Shown here in pieces: positions 34,246 through 44,352 of a stretch of DNA of 64,000 nt (its first letter is position 1; every line of letters starts with the position of its first letter). This DNA is from Oscillospiraceae bacterium (lineage in GTDB: Bacteria > Bacillota > Clostridia > Oscillospirales > Ruminococcaceae). The stretch spans positions 19,955 to 83,954 of the forward strand of contig JAFRJM010000015.1 of the NCBI GenBank assembly GCA_017432285.1, in the 5' to 3' direction. The position numbers and the translations under genes were made by a program. Under the pieces are notes generated by a model. That model saw only the letters and a program-made list of their open reading frames with translations, searched no databases and had not been told where the DNA came from.

Positions 34246-35688
34246 ATGCTTTACAAAGAATTATATCGTCCGCAATATCATTTCTCCGCTCCAAAAGGGT
34301 GGCTTAATGATCCGAATGGTCTCGTCTGGTACAAAGGTGAATACCACCTGTTCTACCAGTACTACCCGCATGATATACTTTGGGGCCCGATGCACTGGGG
34401 ACATGCGGTAAGCACAGACCTCGTTCACTGGGAAAACCTTCCTATCGCCCTCGCACCTGATGAGAACGGAACCGTATTCTCCGGAAGCGTTGTTGTGGAT
34501 CACCGCAATGACTCCGGTCTGTTCTCAGGCGGTGAGGGTCTGGTCGCTTTCTATACCGGTCATATCGACAGACCCGGTCAGCATCCGATCGAGCATCAAT
34601 GCCTGGCTTACAGTGAAGACTGCGGAAGAACATGGAAGAAATATGAAGGGAACCCCATTCTCTCTGCTCCCGAGACACCAGATGCTTATGACTTCCGCGA
34701 TCCGAAGGTGTTCTGGCACGAAGAATCCGGAAAATGGGTCATGTTCCTCGGAGGCGGTTTCTACAGAGTATACAATTCTTCTGACCTGATCCACTGGGAT
34801 CTCACAAGCGAATCATATATTCACGAAGAATTCCCGGATTTCGCGCTTGTTCCTGTGGAAAACTCTGATGACAAGAAATGGGTCCTTAATCTGGCAGGAT
34901 TTAAATACTATATCTGCTCATTTGACGGAAAGAGATTCATCCGCGAAGAAGGTCCTTATACCGCAGATCTCTCGGACGGATGTCAGGCCACACAGACATT
35001 CAGTAACATCCAGGACGGAAGAGTAATCATGATGTCATGGATGAGGGATGGCTCCCGCGGCCCGACGTTCCCCTGGAGAAACACAATGACTGTAGCCAGA
35101 GAACTGACTTTGAGGAAGATGTCAGATGGTACACACAGACTGGTTCAGATCCCGGTAAAAGAACTCTCTGCATTGGAAGCCGAAAGTATATTTGAACTGC
35201 AGGATACTGATCTCGAACCCGGTAAGGATATCTTAAACGGAGTTCATTGTTCTCAATGTGTCATGGAAGCAGATCTTGATATCTCAGGTAAAACCGGGAA
35301 AACTATCTTCACCATTCTGGCAGATGACCGTCAATGGACAAAACTTGTTGTCGACCTTGATAACGGTCTGTTCTTTGTGGATTATACCGGAGGCAACTCT
35401 CCTCGCTGGCGTGATACTCAGACATCTATGGACGCATGGTATTTCGCCACTAACGACATAATCAAGGCCAGAGGAAAGAGCTACCCGGTACCTCTTCCTG
35501 ACAAGGACAATCTCAAAGTCAAAGCTCTCATAGACTGGACTTCCATGGAGATATTCCTGAATGATGGCTTGATCTCATTTACTTTCAGCGTTTTCCCGGA
35601 CGCAGAAGCAGACCAGCTGTCACTGGTATCCGATGATAACATTCATGTACGCAGCCTTAGCATAAAAAAGATGGCCAGTATCTGGTAA
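34246..35688 (+). CDS. GH32 beta-fructofuranosidase / sucrose-6-phosphate hydrolase family
   Basis: 'QYHFSAPKGWLNDPNGLVWYKGEYHLFYQYYP' (nucleophile Asp), 'FRDPKVFW' (RDP), 'EEFPDF' (the acid/base 'ECP' motif with Cys->Phe). ATG 34246 follows GAGAGAGG. No signal peptide. Confidence 0.88.
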   Translation: MLYKELYRPQYHFSAPKGWLNDPNGLVWYKGEYHLFYQYYPHDILWGPMHWGHAVSTDLVHWENLPIALAPDENGTVFSGSVVVDHRNDSGLFSGGEGLVAFYTGHIDRPGQHPIEHQCLAYSEDCGRTWKKYEGNPILSAPETPDAYDFRDPKVFWHEESGKWVMFLGGGFYRVYNSSDLIHWDLTSESYIHEEFPDFALVPVENSDDKKWVLNLAGFKYYICSFDGKRFIREEGPYTADLSDGCQATQTFSNIQDGRVIMMSWMRDGSRGPTFPWRNTMTVARELTLRKMSDGTHRLVQIPVKELSALEAESIFELQDTDLEPGKDILNGVHCSQCVMEADLDISGKTGKTIFTILADDRQWTKLVVDLDNGLFFVDYTGGNSPRWRDTQTSMDAWYFATNDIIKARGKSYPVPLPDKDNLKVKALIDWTSMEIFLNDGLISFTFSVFPDAEADQLSLVSDDNIHVRSLSIKKMASIW

Positions 35689-35705
35689 TCCAAACTGACA
35701 CATAA

Positions 35706-35750
35706 AAAGAACATCTGCAGTCAAGTAGATCTGCATGATGTTCTTTTTTG
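35706..35750. terminator. Terminator between convergent genes
   Basis: AAAGAACATCTGCAG (35706-35720) pairs with CTGCA-t-GATGTTCTTT (35731-35746), followed by TTTG. Confidence 0.7.
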
Positions 35751-35765
35751 TTAAGTAAGGCTTCG

Positions 35766-36254
35766 CTATGCTTTCCGAACGGATCCAAGAATGTCACTCA
35801 TCAGCGAAGAACTTTCATCTCTGTAAGTCTCTCTGGAATACATGTGGAAATAGTATAGTGTTCTTCCAAACTTTGCTATATATGTTTCGCCATACATATC
35901 TGTTCCTTCCGAATTATATGTGTATGCGAATCCCGAAGCTTCTGCTCCGTCAATCTTTCTTGTTTTATAAGTCTGAAAGGCATATCCATATCTCTGCATA
36001 GGTTTCCTTATCTGCTTCTCAGAATTCTTTGCTATCTCTGATGAAGACAGCAGCATTGCAGATAGACCGTTTATCTTCTTCCACCCTGCAGTAATAAGAA
36101 TATGACGATCCGGATCTGTCATTCCTCTCCATTCGCCGTCGAAAAGTATCTTAATATTATTTCGTTCATCCTGATCCAGTTCATGGAAACTCTCAGGGAA
36201 TGTCATATACAAACTGTCATCTAAAACAATCTCGATCATTTTTTTAACAATCAT
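35766..36254 (-). CDS. Hypothetical protein
   Basis: 162 aa; no recognisable motif. ATGA-type overlap with the upstream RidA-like gene suggests co-translation. Confidence 0.5.
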   Translation of the reverse strand: MIVKKMIEIVLDDSLYMTFPESFHELDQDERNNIKILFDGEWRGMTDPDRHILITAGWKKINGLSAMLLSSSEIAKNSEKQIRKPMQRYGYAFQTYKTRKIDGAEASGFAYTYNSEGTDMYGETYIAKFGRTLYYFHMYSRETYRDESSSLMSDILGSVRKA

Positions 36255-36604
36255 CCTTTATAAGCTATAGCATCTATCTGAAACAGTATTCCTTCTCTGA
36301 TAAATTGGGAAGAAAAGGCTTTTCTGGCAGGATATTTGCCTTTGAACCTGTCCTTCAGAACATCAGACAGATAGTTAAGATCCGATATATCCTTAAACAG
36401 GCAATCCATCTTGACAACGGAATCCAGAGTCAGTCCGACCATAGCCAGCCTTTTCTCCAGAACATCAATCGCTCCGTTGATCTGATCAACTATCGGTTTT
36501 CCTTCGCCTGACATGCAGTATCCTACAAAAACATAATCTCCAGCTTCAATAACGGTGGAATCCGCCCAGAACTCATCTGTTTCTACTCTTCTGATCTCAG
36601 ACAT
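36251..36604 (-). CDS. RidA/YjgF/L-PSP family protein
   Basis: 117 aa. 'GLTLDSVVKMDCLFKDISD...YPARKAFSSQ...ILFQIDAIAY' fits the RidA fold pattern. AAGGAGA RBS. Confidence 0.65.
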   Translation of the reverse strand: MSEIRRVETDEFWADSTVIEAGDYVFVGYCMSGEGKPIVDQINGAIDVLEKRLAMVGLTLDSVVKMDCLFKDISDLNYLSDVLKDRFKGKYPARKAFSSQFIREGILFQIDAIAYKG

Positions 36605-36735
36605 GATATATCTCCTTCCCGCTTTCGGAACGTACTTATCATAACGTTATGTTCTTTAAGTACAAAAAAACGCTTTTGCATGGTATCATATTAATAGTAG
36701 CAAAAAAACACACGCATTTGAATTCTGGAAAAACA

Positions 36736-38487
36736 ATGAAACTGTTATTGAAACTAAGCAAGGAGGCAGTCCGCTATCGCGGGCTGTATATTTTGGCGAT
36801 CCTGTCCACACTGGGACTCACGATCGTAAATCTGGCATCACCGCGTGTCCTGTCTGCTATGACAGGAATAGTAAGCCAGGGTGTTACCGAAAAAGATCTG
36901 CAGACTATCAGGAATCTCACACTTATCTTATGTGGGTTATATGCACTCAGGGTCTTGTTCAGATTCATGAGCAACTATCTTGCACATAAGGCTGCATGGT
37001 ATCTCGTGGGTGATATGAGGACTAAGGTGTATGACAAACTTGAACGCATGCATCTCGGTTTCTTCCATGACAAACAGACTGGTGACCTGATGAGCCGGGT
37101 TGTTAACGATACAAGAGATTTTGAGCTCCTTTATGCTCACATGATCCCTGAAACTATCACCAACCTGGTGACTTTTACCGGTGTCCTTGTAGTACTGCTC
37201 ACAATCAACTGGAGGCTTGCACTGATAACCTGCTTCCCCATCCCGCTCATCCTCATCTCAGGGCTGATATTTGCCAAAAAGGTCCGGCCTTTCTTCAGAG
37301 TATCACAGTCCAAAATGGGCGAACTCAACGGAAAACTGCAGGATAACCTTTCCGGTGTCCATGAGATACAGTCCTTCGGACGTGAAGATTACGAGACAGG
37401 GCGTGTCAACGAGAAAAACTTCGACCATGTTCATGCCATGCTCCAGGCACTTAAGATAAGTGCTGTCTTCCATCCGAGCGTAGAGTTCATTTCCTCTCTT
37501 GGAACTATTCTCGTAGTAGGCTTCGGCGGATATCTGGCATATCGCGAAGGTCTCAGTGTTGAAGATATCGTTTCATTCCTTCTCTATCTGAGTCTCTTCT
37601 ACGCTCCTGTTGCCGGACTTGCAAATCTGCTGGAGAACATGCAGCAGTCCATGGCAGGTGCTGAGCGCGTAATTGCTATCCTTGATGCGCCTCAGGAGAT
37701 AACCGACAAACCTGATGCCGAAGACCTCAAGGATGTCCAGGGAGATATCAAGTTTGATCATGTAAGTTTCGCATATGAGGAAGATTCACCTGTCCTGGAT
37801 GACGTATCGTTCCACTGTGAACCCGGTAAAATGCTGGCGTTAGTTGGACCTACCGGAGTCGGCAAGACGACGTTGACCCAGCTTATCTCCCGTTTCTATG
37901 AGCCAAATTCAGGGCAGATCCTTATAGATGGCAAGGACATCTCCGATGTTACGATGGAGAGTCTGCGCAAAAATATCGCTCCGGTATTGCAGGATACATT
38001 CCTGTTCAATGGAACTGTAGCTGAAAATATCGGTTATGCCCGTCCTGATGCGACATCGGAAGAGATCCGTGACGCGGCAAGAGCAGCTAATATAGATGCT
38101 GATATCATGCAGATGCCGGACGGTTACGATACTCAGGTCGGAGAAAGAGGTGTGCGCCTCTCAGGCGGTCAGAAACAGCGTGTAGCGATAGCTAGAGCGA
38201 TCCTTCGCCGCGCACCGATAATTATTTTGGATGAAGCGACAGCCTCTGTTGACGTCGAAACAGAACAGCAAATACAGAAAGCCATAGCCGGACTTGCAGG
38301 CAGAAGGACGATCATTGCAATAGCTCACAGGCTTTCTACTATCCGCAATGCAGATCAGATCCTTGTGATCGAGAACGGAAAGATCACAGAGAGCGGCACC
38401 CATGAAGAACTAGTCGCTCTGGGCGGAAGTTACGCCAGGATGAATGAGATCCAAAGCGCGGCAGCTACAAGCGGAGGCATAGTCTGA
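36736..38487 (+). CDS. ABC exporter, fused permease/ATPase (stand-alone, probably homodimeric)
   Basis: 'GPTGVGKTT', '[14 protein letters not shown]', 'IIILDEATASVD'. ATG 36736 chosen ('MKLLLKLSKEAVRY'); the ORF-track start 36649 adds an unlikely 29 aa. Confidence 0.88.
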   Translation: MKLLLKLSKEAVRYRGLYILAILSTLGLTIVNLASPRVLSAMTGIVSQGVTEKDLQTIRNLTLILCGLYALRVLFRFMSNYLAHKAAWYLVGDMRTKVYDKLERMHLGFFHDKQTGDLMSRVVNDTRDFELLYAHMIPETITNLVTFTGVLVVLLTINWRLALITCFPIPLILISGLIFAKKVRPFFRVSQSKMGELNGKLQDNLSGVHEIQSFGREDYETGRVNEKNFDHVHAMLQALKISAVFHPSVEFISSLGTILVVGFGGYLAYREGLSVEDIVSFLLYLSLFYAPVAGLANLLENMQQSMAGAERVIAILDAPQEITDKPDAEDLKDVQGDIKFDHVSFAYEEDSPVLDDVSFHCEPGKMLALVGPTGVGKTTLTQLISRFYEPNSGQILIDGKDISDVTMESLRKNIAPVLQDTFLFNGTVAENIGYARPDATSEEIRDAARAANIDADIMQMPDGYDTQVGERGVRLSGGQKQRVAIARAILRRAPIIILDEATASVDVETEQQIQKAIAGLAGRRTIIAIAHRLSTIRNADQILVIENGKITESGTHEELVALGGSYARMNEIQSAAATSGGIV

Positions 38488-38503
38488 TTATTTCCATTTA
38501 AAG

Positions 38504-38535
38504 AAATAGCACTCACGTCGTGAGTGCTATTTTTG
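38504..38535. terminator. Bidirectional terminator
   Basis: AAATAGCACTCACG / CGTGAGTGCTATTT near-perfect palindromic hairpin followed by TTTTG. Confidence 0.75.
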
Positions 38536-38541
38536 TATGCT

Positions 38542-39978
38542 TTAGTATTTTCCGATAGGCGGCTGAACATAATCAGGAAGCGGACATTCATACTTTCCTC
38601 CGCTCTTCTTGATGTACTCCGCTCTGGCTGCCTTCATTACCTCGGGCTGCTCCATAGTCCTGACACATGAAAGTGCGATTGCTTCAGCAGCTCTCAGCAT
38701 TCCTTTATGCCCTATGCGGCTCCCTGCCTGCCCTGCCATCTGCCATGTGTGTCCGATGTTTCCTAGACAAGCTGTGGCTACATGGATCTCTGCTGTCGGA
38801 GTTGCATATCCAACATCGCCTACATCGGAAGATCCACCCATAAAGCGTCCTTTCGTCTTGTCGTATTCTATAACTCCACTGTGAAGAGGTTTATCGAGAA
38901 GATCATCCAGATCATCGTCTCCAAGTTCTTCAGCAATAGATGTCCTGATTCCTTCTTGCTGCATCTTGTCATAGGATCTGAGGAATTGCTTGGCAAGTTT
39001 GTAGTCTTCGTCATCCCATTCCGGCGCTCCCAGTTCTTTGAGACAGTCGCTGGCTACCTTTGCAAGTACACTGTTGGAAGAATAATCAGAGAACGCCATC
39101 GTTATCTCATAATTCATCTGTGTTTCTGTCATCTCTGCAGCGCCTCTTGCAACTTTGACTACCCTTGAGAACAAAGCCTTCATTTCCTTGACTGTTCTGG
39201 CGCGCACTTCATATTTCACTTTTGCATATGCCTGAACAACATTGGGGAAAGTACCGCCTACATCAGAGTAAGCGTAGTGTATCCTCTGTCCGTCAAGAAT
39301 ATGTTCTCTCAGATAGTTGCATCCTACGCTCATCAGTTCAGCAGCATCAAGAGCACTCCTTCCTAACCACGGTGAACCTCCGGCATGGGCGGCTACACCG
39401 TTGAATTCAAAGTTAGCTCCCATGATAGCTGTGCCTGAATCAGCTGACACATCATTAGTGGTCGCCGGGTGCCATGTATAGCAGAAATCACAGTCATCAA
39501 AGAGACCGGCTCTCGCCATGAACTGTTTGGATCCGGCACCTTCTTCTGCCGGGCAGCCATAATAAAATACCGTGCCTTCTGAGCCCGTCTGTGTCAGATA
39601 TTCTTTAACAGCAACTGCTGCAGCGAGAGCGCCAGCTCCAAGCAGGCAGTGCCCGCATCCATGTCCAGGCCCGCCTTCGCACACCGGTGTATGGACCGGG
39701 TTTCCACCCTCCTGACTCAGCGCAGGAAGAGCATCGAACTCACCGAGAATTCCCATAATCGGCTTTCCTGATCCGAAAGTCCCCATAAAACATGTCGGAA
39801 TATCAGCGAGTCCTCTCTCTACTTTGAAGCCTTCATCCTCAAGTATCTTGCAGAGGAGATCAGCAGACTGCACTTCCTCATATGCAAGTTCGGCAAAATT
39901 ATAGATCTTGTCGCTCGCGTCTATAAATACATCCTTTTTCTGTTCAATAATCCCTTTAATTATCTCAATATCCGTCAT
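38542..39978 (-). CDS. M20-family amidohydrolase (AbgB / aminobenzoyl-glutamate hydrolase subunit B-like)
   Basis: 478 aa. 'AELAYEEVQSADLL', 'GILGEFDALP', 'GHGCGHCLLGAGA', 'YGCPAEEGAGSKQFM'. GAGGAGG RBS. Last gene of the amino-acid ABC operon. Confidence 0.75.
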   Translation of the reverse strand: MTDIEIIKGIIEQKKDVFIDASDKIYNFAELAYEEVQSADLLCKILEDEGFKVERGLADIPTCFMGTFGSGKPIMGILGEFDALPALSQEGGNPVHTPVCEGGPGHGCGHCLLGAGALAAAVAVKEYLTQTGSEGTVFYYGCPAEEGAGSKQFMARAGLFDDCDFCYTWHPATTNDVSADSGTAIMGANFEFNGVAAHAGGSPWLGRSALDAAELMSVGCNYLREHILDGQRIHYAYSDVGGTFPNVVQAYAKVKYEVRARTVKEMKALFSRVVKVARGAAEMTETQMNYEITMAFSDYSSNSVLAKVASDCLKELGAPEWDDEDYKLAKQFLRSYDKMQQEGIRTSIAEELGDDDLDDLLDKPLHSGVIEYDKTKGRFMGGSSDVGDVGYATPTAEIHVATACLGNIGHTWQMAGQAGSRIGHKGMLRAAEAIALSCVRTMEQPEVMKAARAEYIKKSGGKYECPLPDYVQPPIGKY

Positions 39979-39991
39979 GCTGCTGTCCTCC

Positions 39992-40744
39992 TCACAATAC
40001 CTTGCTTAAAAAGTCTCTTGTTCGTTCATTCTGCGGTGACTCGAAGAACTGATCCGGGGATCCCTCTTCAACGATCATTCCGCTGTCTATAAACATAACC
40101 CTATCACTTACCTGCTTGGCAAACCCCATCTCATGGGTAACTACAATAGTTGTCATTCCTGATGCTGCCAGATCCTGTATTACTTCAAGCACTTCCTTCA
40201 CCATCTCAGGGTCAAGAGCGCTTGTAGGCTCATCATACAGCATCACTTCAGGCTCCATAGCCAAAGCTCTTATAATAGCAAGTCTTTGTTTCTGTCCGCC
40301 TGACAGTCTGGTGGGATACTCGTCGATTTTATCCAAAAGCCCTACCCTAACAAGCAGCGCTCTGGCTTTTTCCTCCGCTTCTGCTTTTGGCACCTTTTTC
40401 TCGAGGATAGGAGCCAATGTGATGTTATCTAGAACTGTGAGATGTGGAAAAACATTGAAATGCTGGAAAACCATTCCAATCTTCTGCCGCATCTCAGCCA
40501 TTTTCTTTCCGTTGTTAATATCGCTGATGGGCTCGTTTTTGAAATATACCCTTCCTGAAGTCGGTTTCTCGAGAAGATTGAGGCATCTCAAAAACGTACT
40601 CTTGCCTCCTCCGCTTGGACCGATAATGGAGACTGTTTCCCCTTCTTTGAACGTGGTATTCAGGCCATTAAGAACTTCTACGCGGCCAAATGATTTATAT
40701 AGGTCTTCTACCCTGAATACTTCTCTGCTGGAATTATCGCTCAT
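39992..40744 (-). CDS. Amino-acid ABC transporter ATP-binding protein (GlnQ-like)
   Basis: 'GPSGGGKST', '[15 protein letters not shown]', '[12 protein letters not shown]'. Confidence 0.92.
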   Translation of the reverse strand: MSDNSSREVFRVEDLYKSFGRVEVLNGLNTTFKEGETVSIIGPSGGGKSTFLRCLNLLEKPTSGRVYFKNEPISDINNGKKMAEMRQKIGMVFQHFNVFPHLTVLDNITLAPILEKKVPKAEAEEKARALLVRVGLLDKIDEYPTRLSGGQKQRLAIIRALAMEPEVMLYDEPTSALDPEMVKEVLEVIQDLAASGMTTIVVTHEMGFAKQVSDRVMFIDSGMIVEEGSPDQFFESPQNERTRDFLSKVL

Positions 40745-41399
40745 TTGCTTTCATCCTCCTTTCATAGACATTAAGTCCTCTGGTGAGAACGAAAGTTACA
40801 ACGAGATAGATCATTCCGGAGATCAGCAGCGACGGTATCGACAGGAAGGTTGTCGACTGGACCGTCCGGTATGCAGTCGTAAGTTCATTGATAAAGAATA
40901 CTGAAGCCAGTGACGTCTGCTTGATCATATTGATGAACTCGTTTCCCAATGCAGGAAGGATATTTTTTATGGCCTGCGGAAGAATTATCCGCATAAAGGT
41001 GTGAAACTCAGTCAAGCCAAGACTCAGGCCAGCCTCCTGCTGTCCGATATCAACAGCCTGTATGCCGGCGCGGATTATTTCACACACATATGCGCTGGCA
41101 TTTATTACCATGGCTATTATTATGCTCTGCGTGTCAGTCAGTTCGATAGATGCTAGTCTCGGCAGAAAGATCCAGAAGAAGTATATCTGGAGCAGCACAG
41201 GCGTTCCGCGTATGACCTCAACGTATGTATCCACTAATAAATTTGCCGGTTTGAACTTGGCCAGTTTCAGAACAGCAAGCACAGTCCCCAAAAGCGTTGC
41301 AAAGAACACTGTGACTGCAGACAGCCACAGTGTTCCCATAAGTCCTTTCAGGTAAACAAATGAGTATTTATCCCATATTCTGATTATCTGATCTATCAT
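40734..41399 (-). CDS. Amino-acid ABC transporter permease (HisM/GlnP-like)
   Basis: 221 aa, about 5 TM. '[14 protein letters not shown]' and an EAA-like loop '[22 protein letters not shown]'. Confidence 0.9.
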   Translation of the reverse strand: MIDQIIRIWDKYSFVYLKGLMGTLWLSAVTVFFATLLGTVLAVLKLAKFKPANLLVDTYVEVIRGTPVLLQIYFFWIFLPRLASIELTDTQSIIIAMVINASAYVCEIIRAGIQAVDIGQQEAGLSLGLTEFHTFMRIILPQAIKNILPALGNEFINMIKQTSLASVFFINELTTAYRTVQSTTFLSIPSLLISGMIYLVVTFVLTRGLNVYERRMKANER

Positions 41400-41428
41400 T
41401 TAACAACAATTTCCTTTGGAAAGAATAA

Positions 41429-42283
41429 TTAGACACCAAGTCTTGCGGCATATTCCTTATATTCTTCGACCCATGCAGCGTATTGCCCGCTCGCAAGCAG
41501 TTCATCGATGCAGCCGTTTACGAATTCTATAAGATCCTTTTCTCCCTTAGGAGCACCGCATCTTGTTCCGTCGAACTCCTCAGGCGTCTCAAACTTGACG
41601 TTCGGCATTACATAAAGACCACAGTCCGGATTCGCTTCTATATACAGGTCCACGTGTGAAATAGCGCAGCATACGCAGTCGCTTTTCCCTTCTGAAAGAG
41701 CCATATAGCAGTCCGGTGTGGATGAGAGCCTCTTGAACTCTGCATATTTTTCTATATTCTGATTGATAAGAGACTCCTGTATAGACCCGCTCTGAGCCAT
41801 AACGATCTTATCTGCAAGATCATCTATGGATTTGATTTTATCTTTATCTGCTTCACGGATAACAAGTCCGAACCCTTCATCTTCGTCAGAGAAATAGTAG
41901 CCTTTTGACAGCTCCATGTTCTCTGCTCTTTCCGGTGTATAGGCCAATGCAGAAATAGCAAGATCATATTTGCCCTCTACGATACTGGAAAGCACTGCTC
42001 CGAATTCCAGAGGAACTATCTGCAGATCGACACCGAGCTTATTTGCGATATATTTTGCAAACTCTACGTCTGATCCAACATACTGGTCATCTCCGCTCTT
42101 GGAAGAGTCAATGAACTCATTCGGAGCAAAATAGGGTTCCATAACAACAGTGATGTAACCTCTTTCTTTTATCTCATTCAAACGGTTGTTCTCTTTCTTG
42201 CTTGAGCCGCAGGCAGACAAGGAAGAAACTGCAAATACGAGTAACATGATCAACGAAACGATCTTAAGAATTCTAAACTTCAT
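41429..42283 (-). CDS. Amino-acid ABC transporter substrate-binding lipoprotein
   Basis: Lipobox 'LSACGS', then a family-3 SBP pattern ('GYITVVMEPYFAPNEF', 'YDLAISALAYTPER'). Confidence 0.85.
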   Translation of the reverse strand: MKFRILKIVSLIMLLVFAVSSLSACGSSKKENNRLNEIKERGYITVVMEPYFAPNEFIDSSKSGDDQYVGSDVEFAKYIANKLGVDLQIVPLEFGAVLSSIVEGKYDLAISALAYTPERAENMELSKGYYFSDEDEGFGLVIREADKDKIKSIDDLADKIVMAQSGSIQESLINQNIEKYAEFKRLSSTPDCYMALSEGKSDCVCCAISHVDLYIEANPDCGLYVMPNVKFETPEEFDGTRCGAPKGEKDLIEFVNGCIDELLASGQYAAWVEEYKEYAARLGV

Positions 42284-42312
42284 AGTATTTTCTCCATTTT
42301 TAGTGTTGGTTT

Positions 42313-42342
42313 ATTCTACTATAATCTCGCGTTTTGTGTCAA
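42313..42342 (-). promoter_or_regulatory. Promoter candidate for the amino-acid ABC/M20 operon (TTGACA -18- TAGAAT)
   Basis: Minus strand: TTGACA (42342-42337), 18-nt spacer, TAGAAT (42318-42313), about 30 nt upstream of ATG 42283. Confidence 0.45.
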
Positions 42343-42481
42343 CATGCTACTATGCTAAAGTGATAAAGCGTTAAAGCGCTATTTTTGTATATTCTTCCAA
42401 ATGCCGCCTAAAATAATGACAAACCGGTATCACGTGTTTACCCGCGATACCAGTTTTATAATAATCTCCTCAAATTTCTTA

Positions 42482-43030
42482 TCAGATATCATACCTTTTC
42501 TTTATCTGTTTCAGTTTCAGGCCACAATGCGCTATCAGGTATACATACACTGCAAACATCAGTGAGAAAAAGAGACTATATATCTTGCCCCATGTGCCGA
42601 TGTACTCACCGTCCAGCACTTTGAGGAAATTAGGCATAACACAGCATAGGAAGATCAGCGCCAAAGGAGCCAAGCGTGTCCTCAGAATAAGGCCGACCTG
42701 CTCTGCTCTGGATTCGTTATCGGATAACAGTTCCCCGTCCTCTTCAGATTCAATCTCAGCTGCAGGTTTTCTGAAATAGAACCATCCTACGCACTCACCA
42801 ACGTATTCCCAACCGAAATCTCTGAGCATTTTAAAATATTCGTCCTTGTTTTCCGTGTTTCTGTAGTCCAGCCTGTAGATGACATCTTCTGGTTCGCACT
42901 GCTCGAAAGTATAGAAGCATGGTGTAACCATCTTCACCAGTTTCCATCCGTTTTTGTGCTGATCTCTCAGCCATTTCTCCTCTTCTTCAAAATCAGCTAT
43001 CGTGAAATAACGCGTAAATGTCTTACTCAT
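42482..43030 (-). CDS. DUF2812-type membrane protein (PadR partner)
   Basis: 'FEEEEKWLRDQHKNGWKLVKM....YTFEQCEPEDVIYRLDY' plus two C-terminal TM helices. Overlaps the PadR gene by 8 nt, the usual pairing. Confidence 0.65.
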   Translation of the reverse strand: MSKTFTRYFTIADFEEEEKWLRDQHKNGWKLVKMVTPCFYTFEQCEPEDVIYRLDYRNTENKDEYFKMLRDFGWEYVGECVGWFYFRKPAAEIESEEDGELLSDNESRAEQVGLILRTRLAPLALIFLCCVMPNFLKVLDGEYIGTWGKIYSLFFSLMFAVYVYLIAHCGLKLKQIKKRYDI

Positions 43031-43346
43031 TGATATTCTCTCCTTTACTGTTTTTGTAGAGCCGTTCTATCCTTTTTATCTCAAGGTCAAGTATCTCCCG
43101 GCCCAGACCTGTGATAACATACAGTTTTCTTTTATCTTCTTCGCTGAAGAACTTTATCAGCCCATCTGTTTCCATCTTAGAAAGAGTTCCGTACATCGTT
43201 CCAGCGCTGATATTTACGCTCCCTCCTGTCATTTGCTTAACTGCCTGGCTGATCCCGTATCCATGATTCGGAGTCTGCAGACAGAATAAAATATAGAAGC
43301 CTGACTCCGTCATAGGAACATATATGCGCCTTAATTTTTCTTCCAT
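43023..43346 (-). CDS. PadR-family transcriptional regulator
   Basis: 'FYILFCLQTPNHGYGISQAV....GTMYGTLSKMETDGLIK'. ATG 43346 follows GGAG. The ORF-track start 43424 is TTG and adds 26 unlikely residues. Confidence 0.85.
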   Translation of the reverse strand: MEEKLRRIYVPMTESGFYILFCLQTPNHGYGISQAVKQMTGGSVNISAGTMYGTLSKMETDGLIKFFSEEDKRKLYVITGLGREILDLEIKRIERLYKNSKGENINE

Positions 43347-43494
43347 GTTGATCTCCATTCTATCGCGCTTCGATATATCGAGGTTCGATGTATACAGTAT
43401 ATCGAGCCTCGATATATGTGTCAAGCATTTTTAAAAAATTTTGCAAAAAAATATCCGCCGTTCTGTCCGACAGATCATCATTAGAAATAATAAC

Positions 43495-43526
43495 GTGACA
43501 TATACCGTAGGACCGGTATATGTCAC
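43495..43526 (-). terminator. Hairpin terminator after GNAT gene
   Basis: GTGACATATACCG / CGGTATATGTCAC perfect 13 bp, 6-nt loop; T-rich tail on the minus strand (gttattatttc). Confidence 0.65.
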
Positions 43527-43544
43527 GCTTGTTTTATCCATTAT

Positions 43545-44171
43545 TTAGAAAAGTTGACCTGGCAGCCTGAGTTTTTCCTTATAGGGGAAACCTTTGTCGA
43601 ACTCTTCGACATCCCCTTCCTTTACATAGTAAACATTCGGTGTCTGGTAAACGCCTGTTACGTTATCCAGATATCCCGGAATCAGTTCTCTGCAAAGGAA
43701 AAACGATGCATCTGCGTCTTCCGGAAGGTCATGGTACCTTATTCCATAGCTGACAGCATAAGTGAAACCGCTCTTGCTGTAGAAGTCAATATTCCCCTCT
43801 ATGAGAACTGCACCATAACCCAATTCAGCCGCTCTTCTGAGAGACTCGTCCAGCAGGATCTTTCCATACCCTTTGCGCTTAAGCTCGGGCGTTATACAGA
43901 TAGGCCCCATCGTCAGGACAGGAATCTTTCTCCCGTCATCAGCCTCAATCACGGCTTCGGCAAAAACATTTTGCCCGATGATCCTGCCTTCGCTTTCCAT
44001 GACAAGATCCAATTCCTTCACAAAAACAGTGTCATCCCTCATCACATGTATGAGGTAATGCTCATTGCAGCCGGGACAGTATACGTTCCAGAATGATTCT
44101 CTTACAAGATTCTCGACTTCTTTGTAGTCTTCTTCTCTTTCCAAACGGATATTATAGTCATTTTTATTCAT
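43545..44171 (-). CDS. GNAT-family N-acetyltransferase
   Basis: 208 aa. 'ICITPELKRKGYGKILLDESLRRAAELGYGAVLIEG' is the acetyl-CoA-binding R/Q-x-x-G-x-G/A motif region. AGGAGGA RBS. Confidence 0.85.
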   Translation of the reverse strand: MNKNDYNIRLEREEDYKEVENLVRESFWNVYCPGCNEHYLIHVMRDDTVFVKELDLVMESEGRIIGQNVFAEAVIEADDGRKIPVLTMGPICITPELKRKGYGKILLDESLRRAAELGYGAVLIEGNIDFYSKSGFTYAVSYGIRYHDLPEDADASFFLCRELIPGYLDNVTGVYQTPNVYYVKEGDVEEFDKGFPYKEKLRLPGQLF

Positions 44172-44352
44172 TATTTATTCCTCCTGAAAAATAGATGACC
44201 GCAATTGCTTCTCAGCGGGAGGTCCGTTCGATCATAGCAGACCTCCCCGGTCAGGCTACAATCTCCAGTGTGCTGTTTTTCTTCAAAAAACACCTCAAAA
44301 TAATATATTTCTGTTTGGCCAAAGGCCATAACAAACTGATTTTTCTGCGCTC

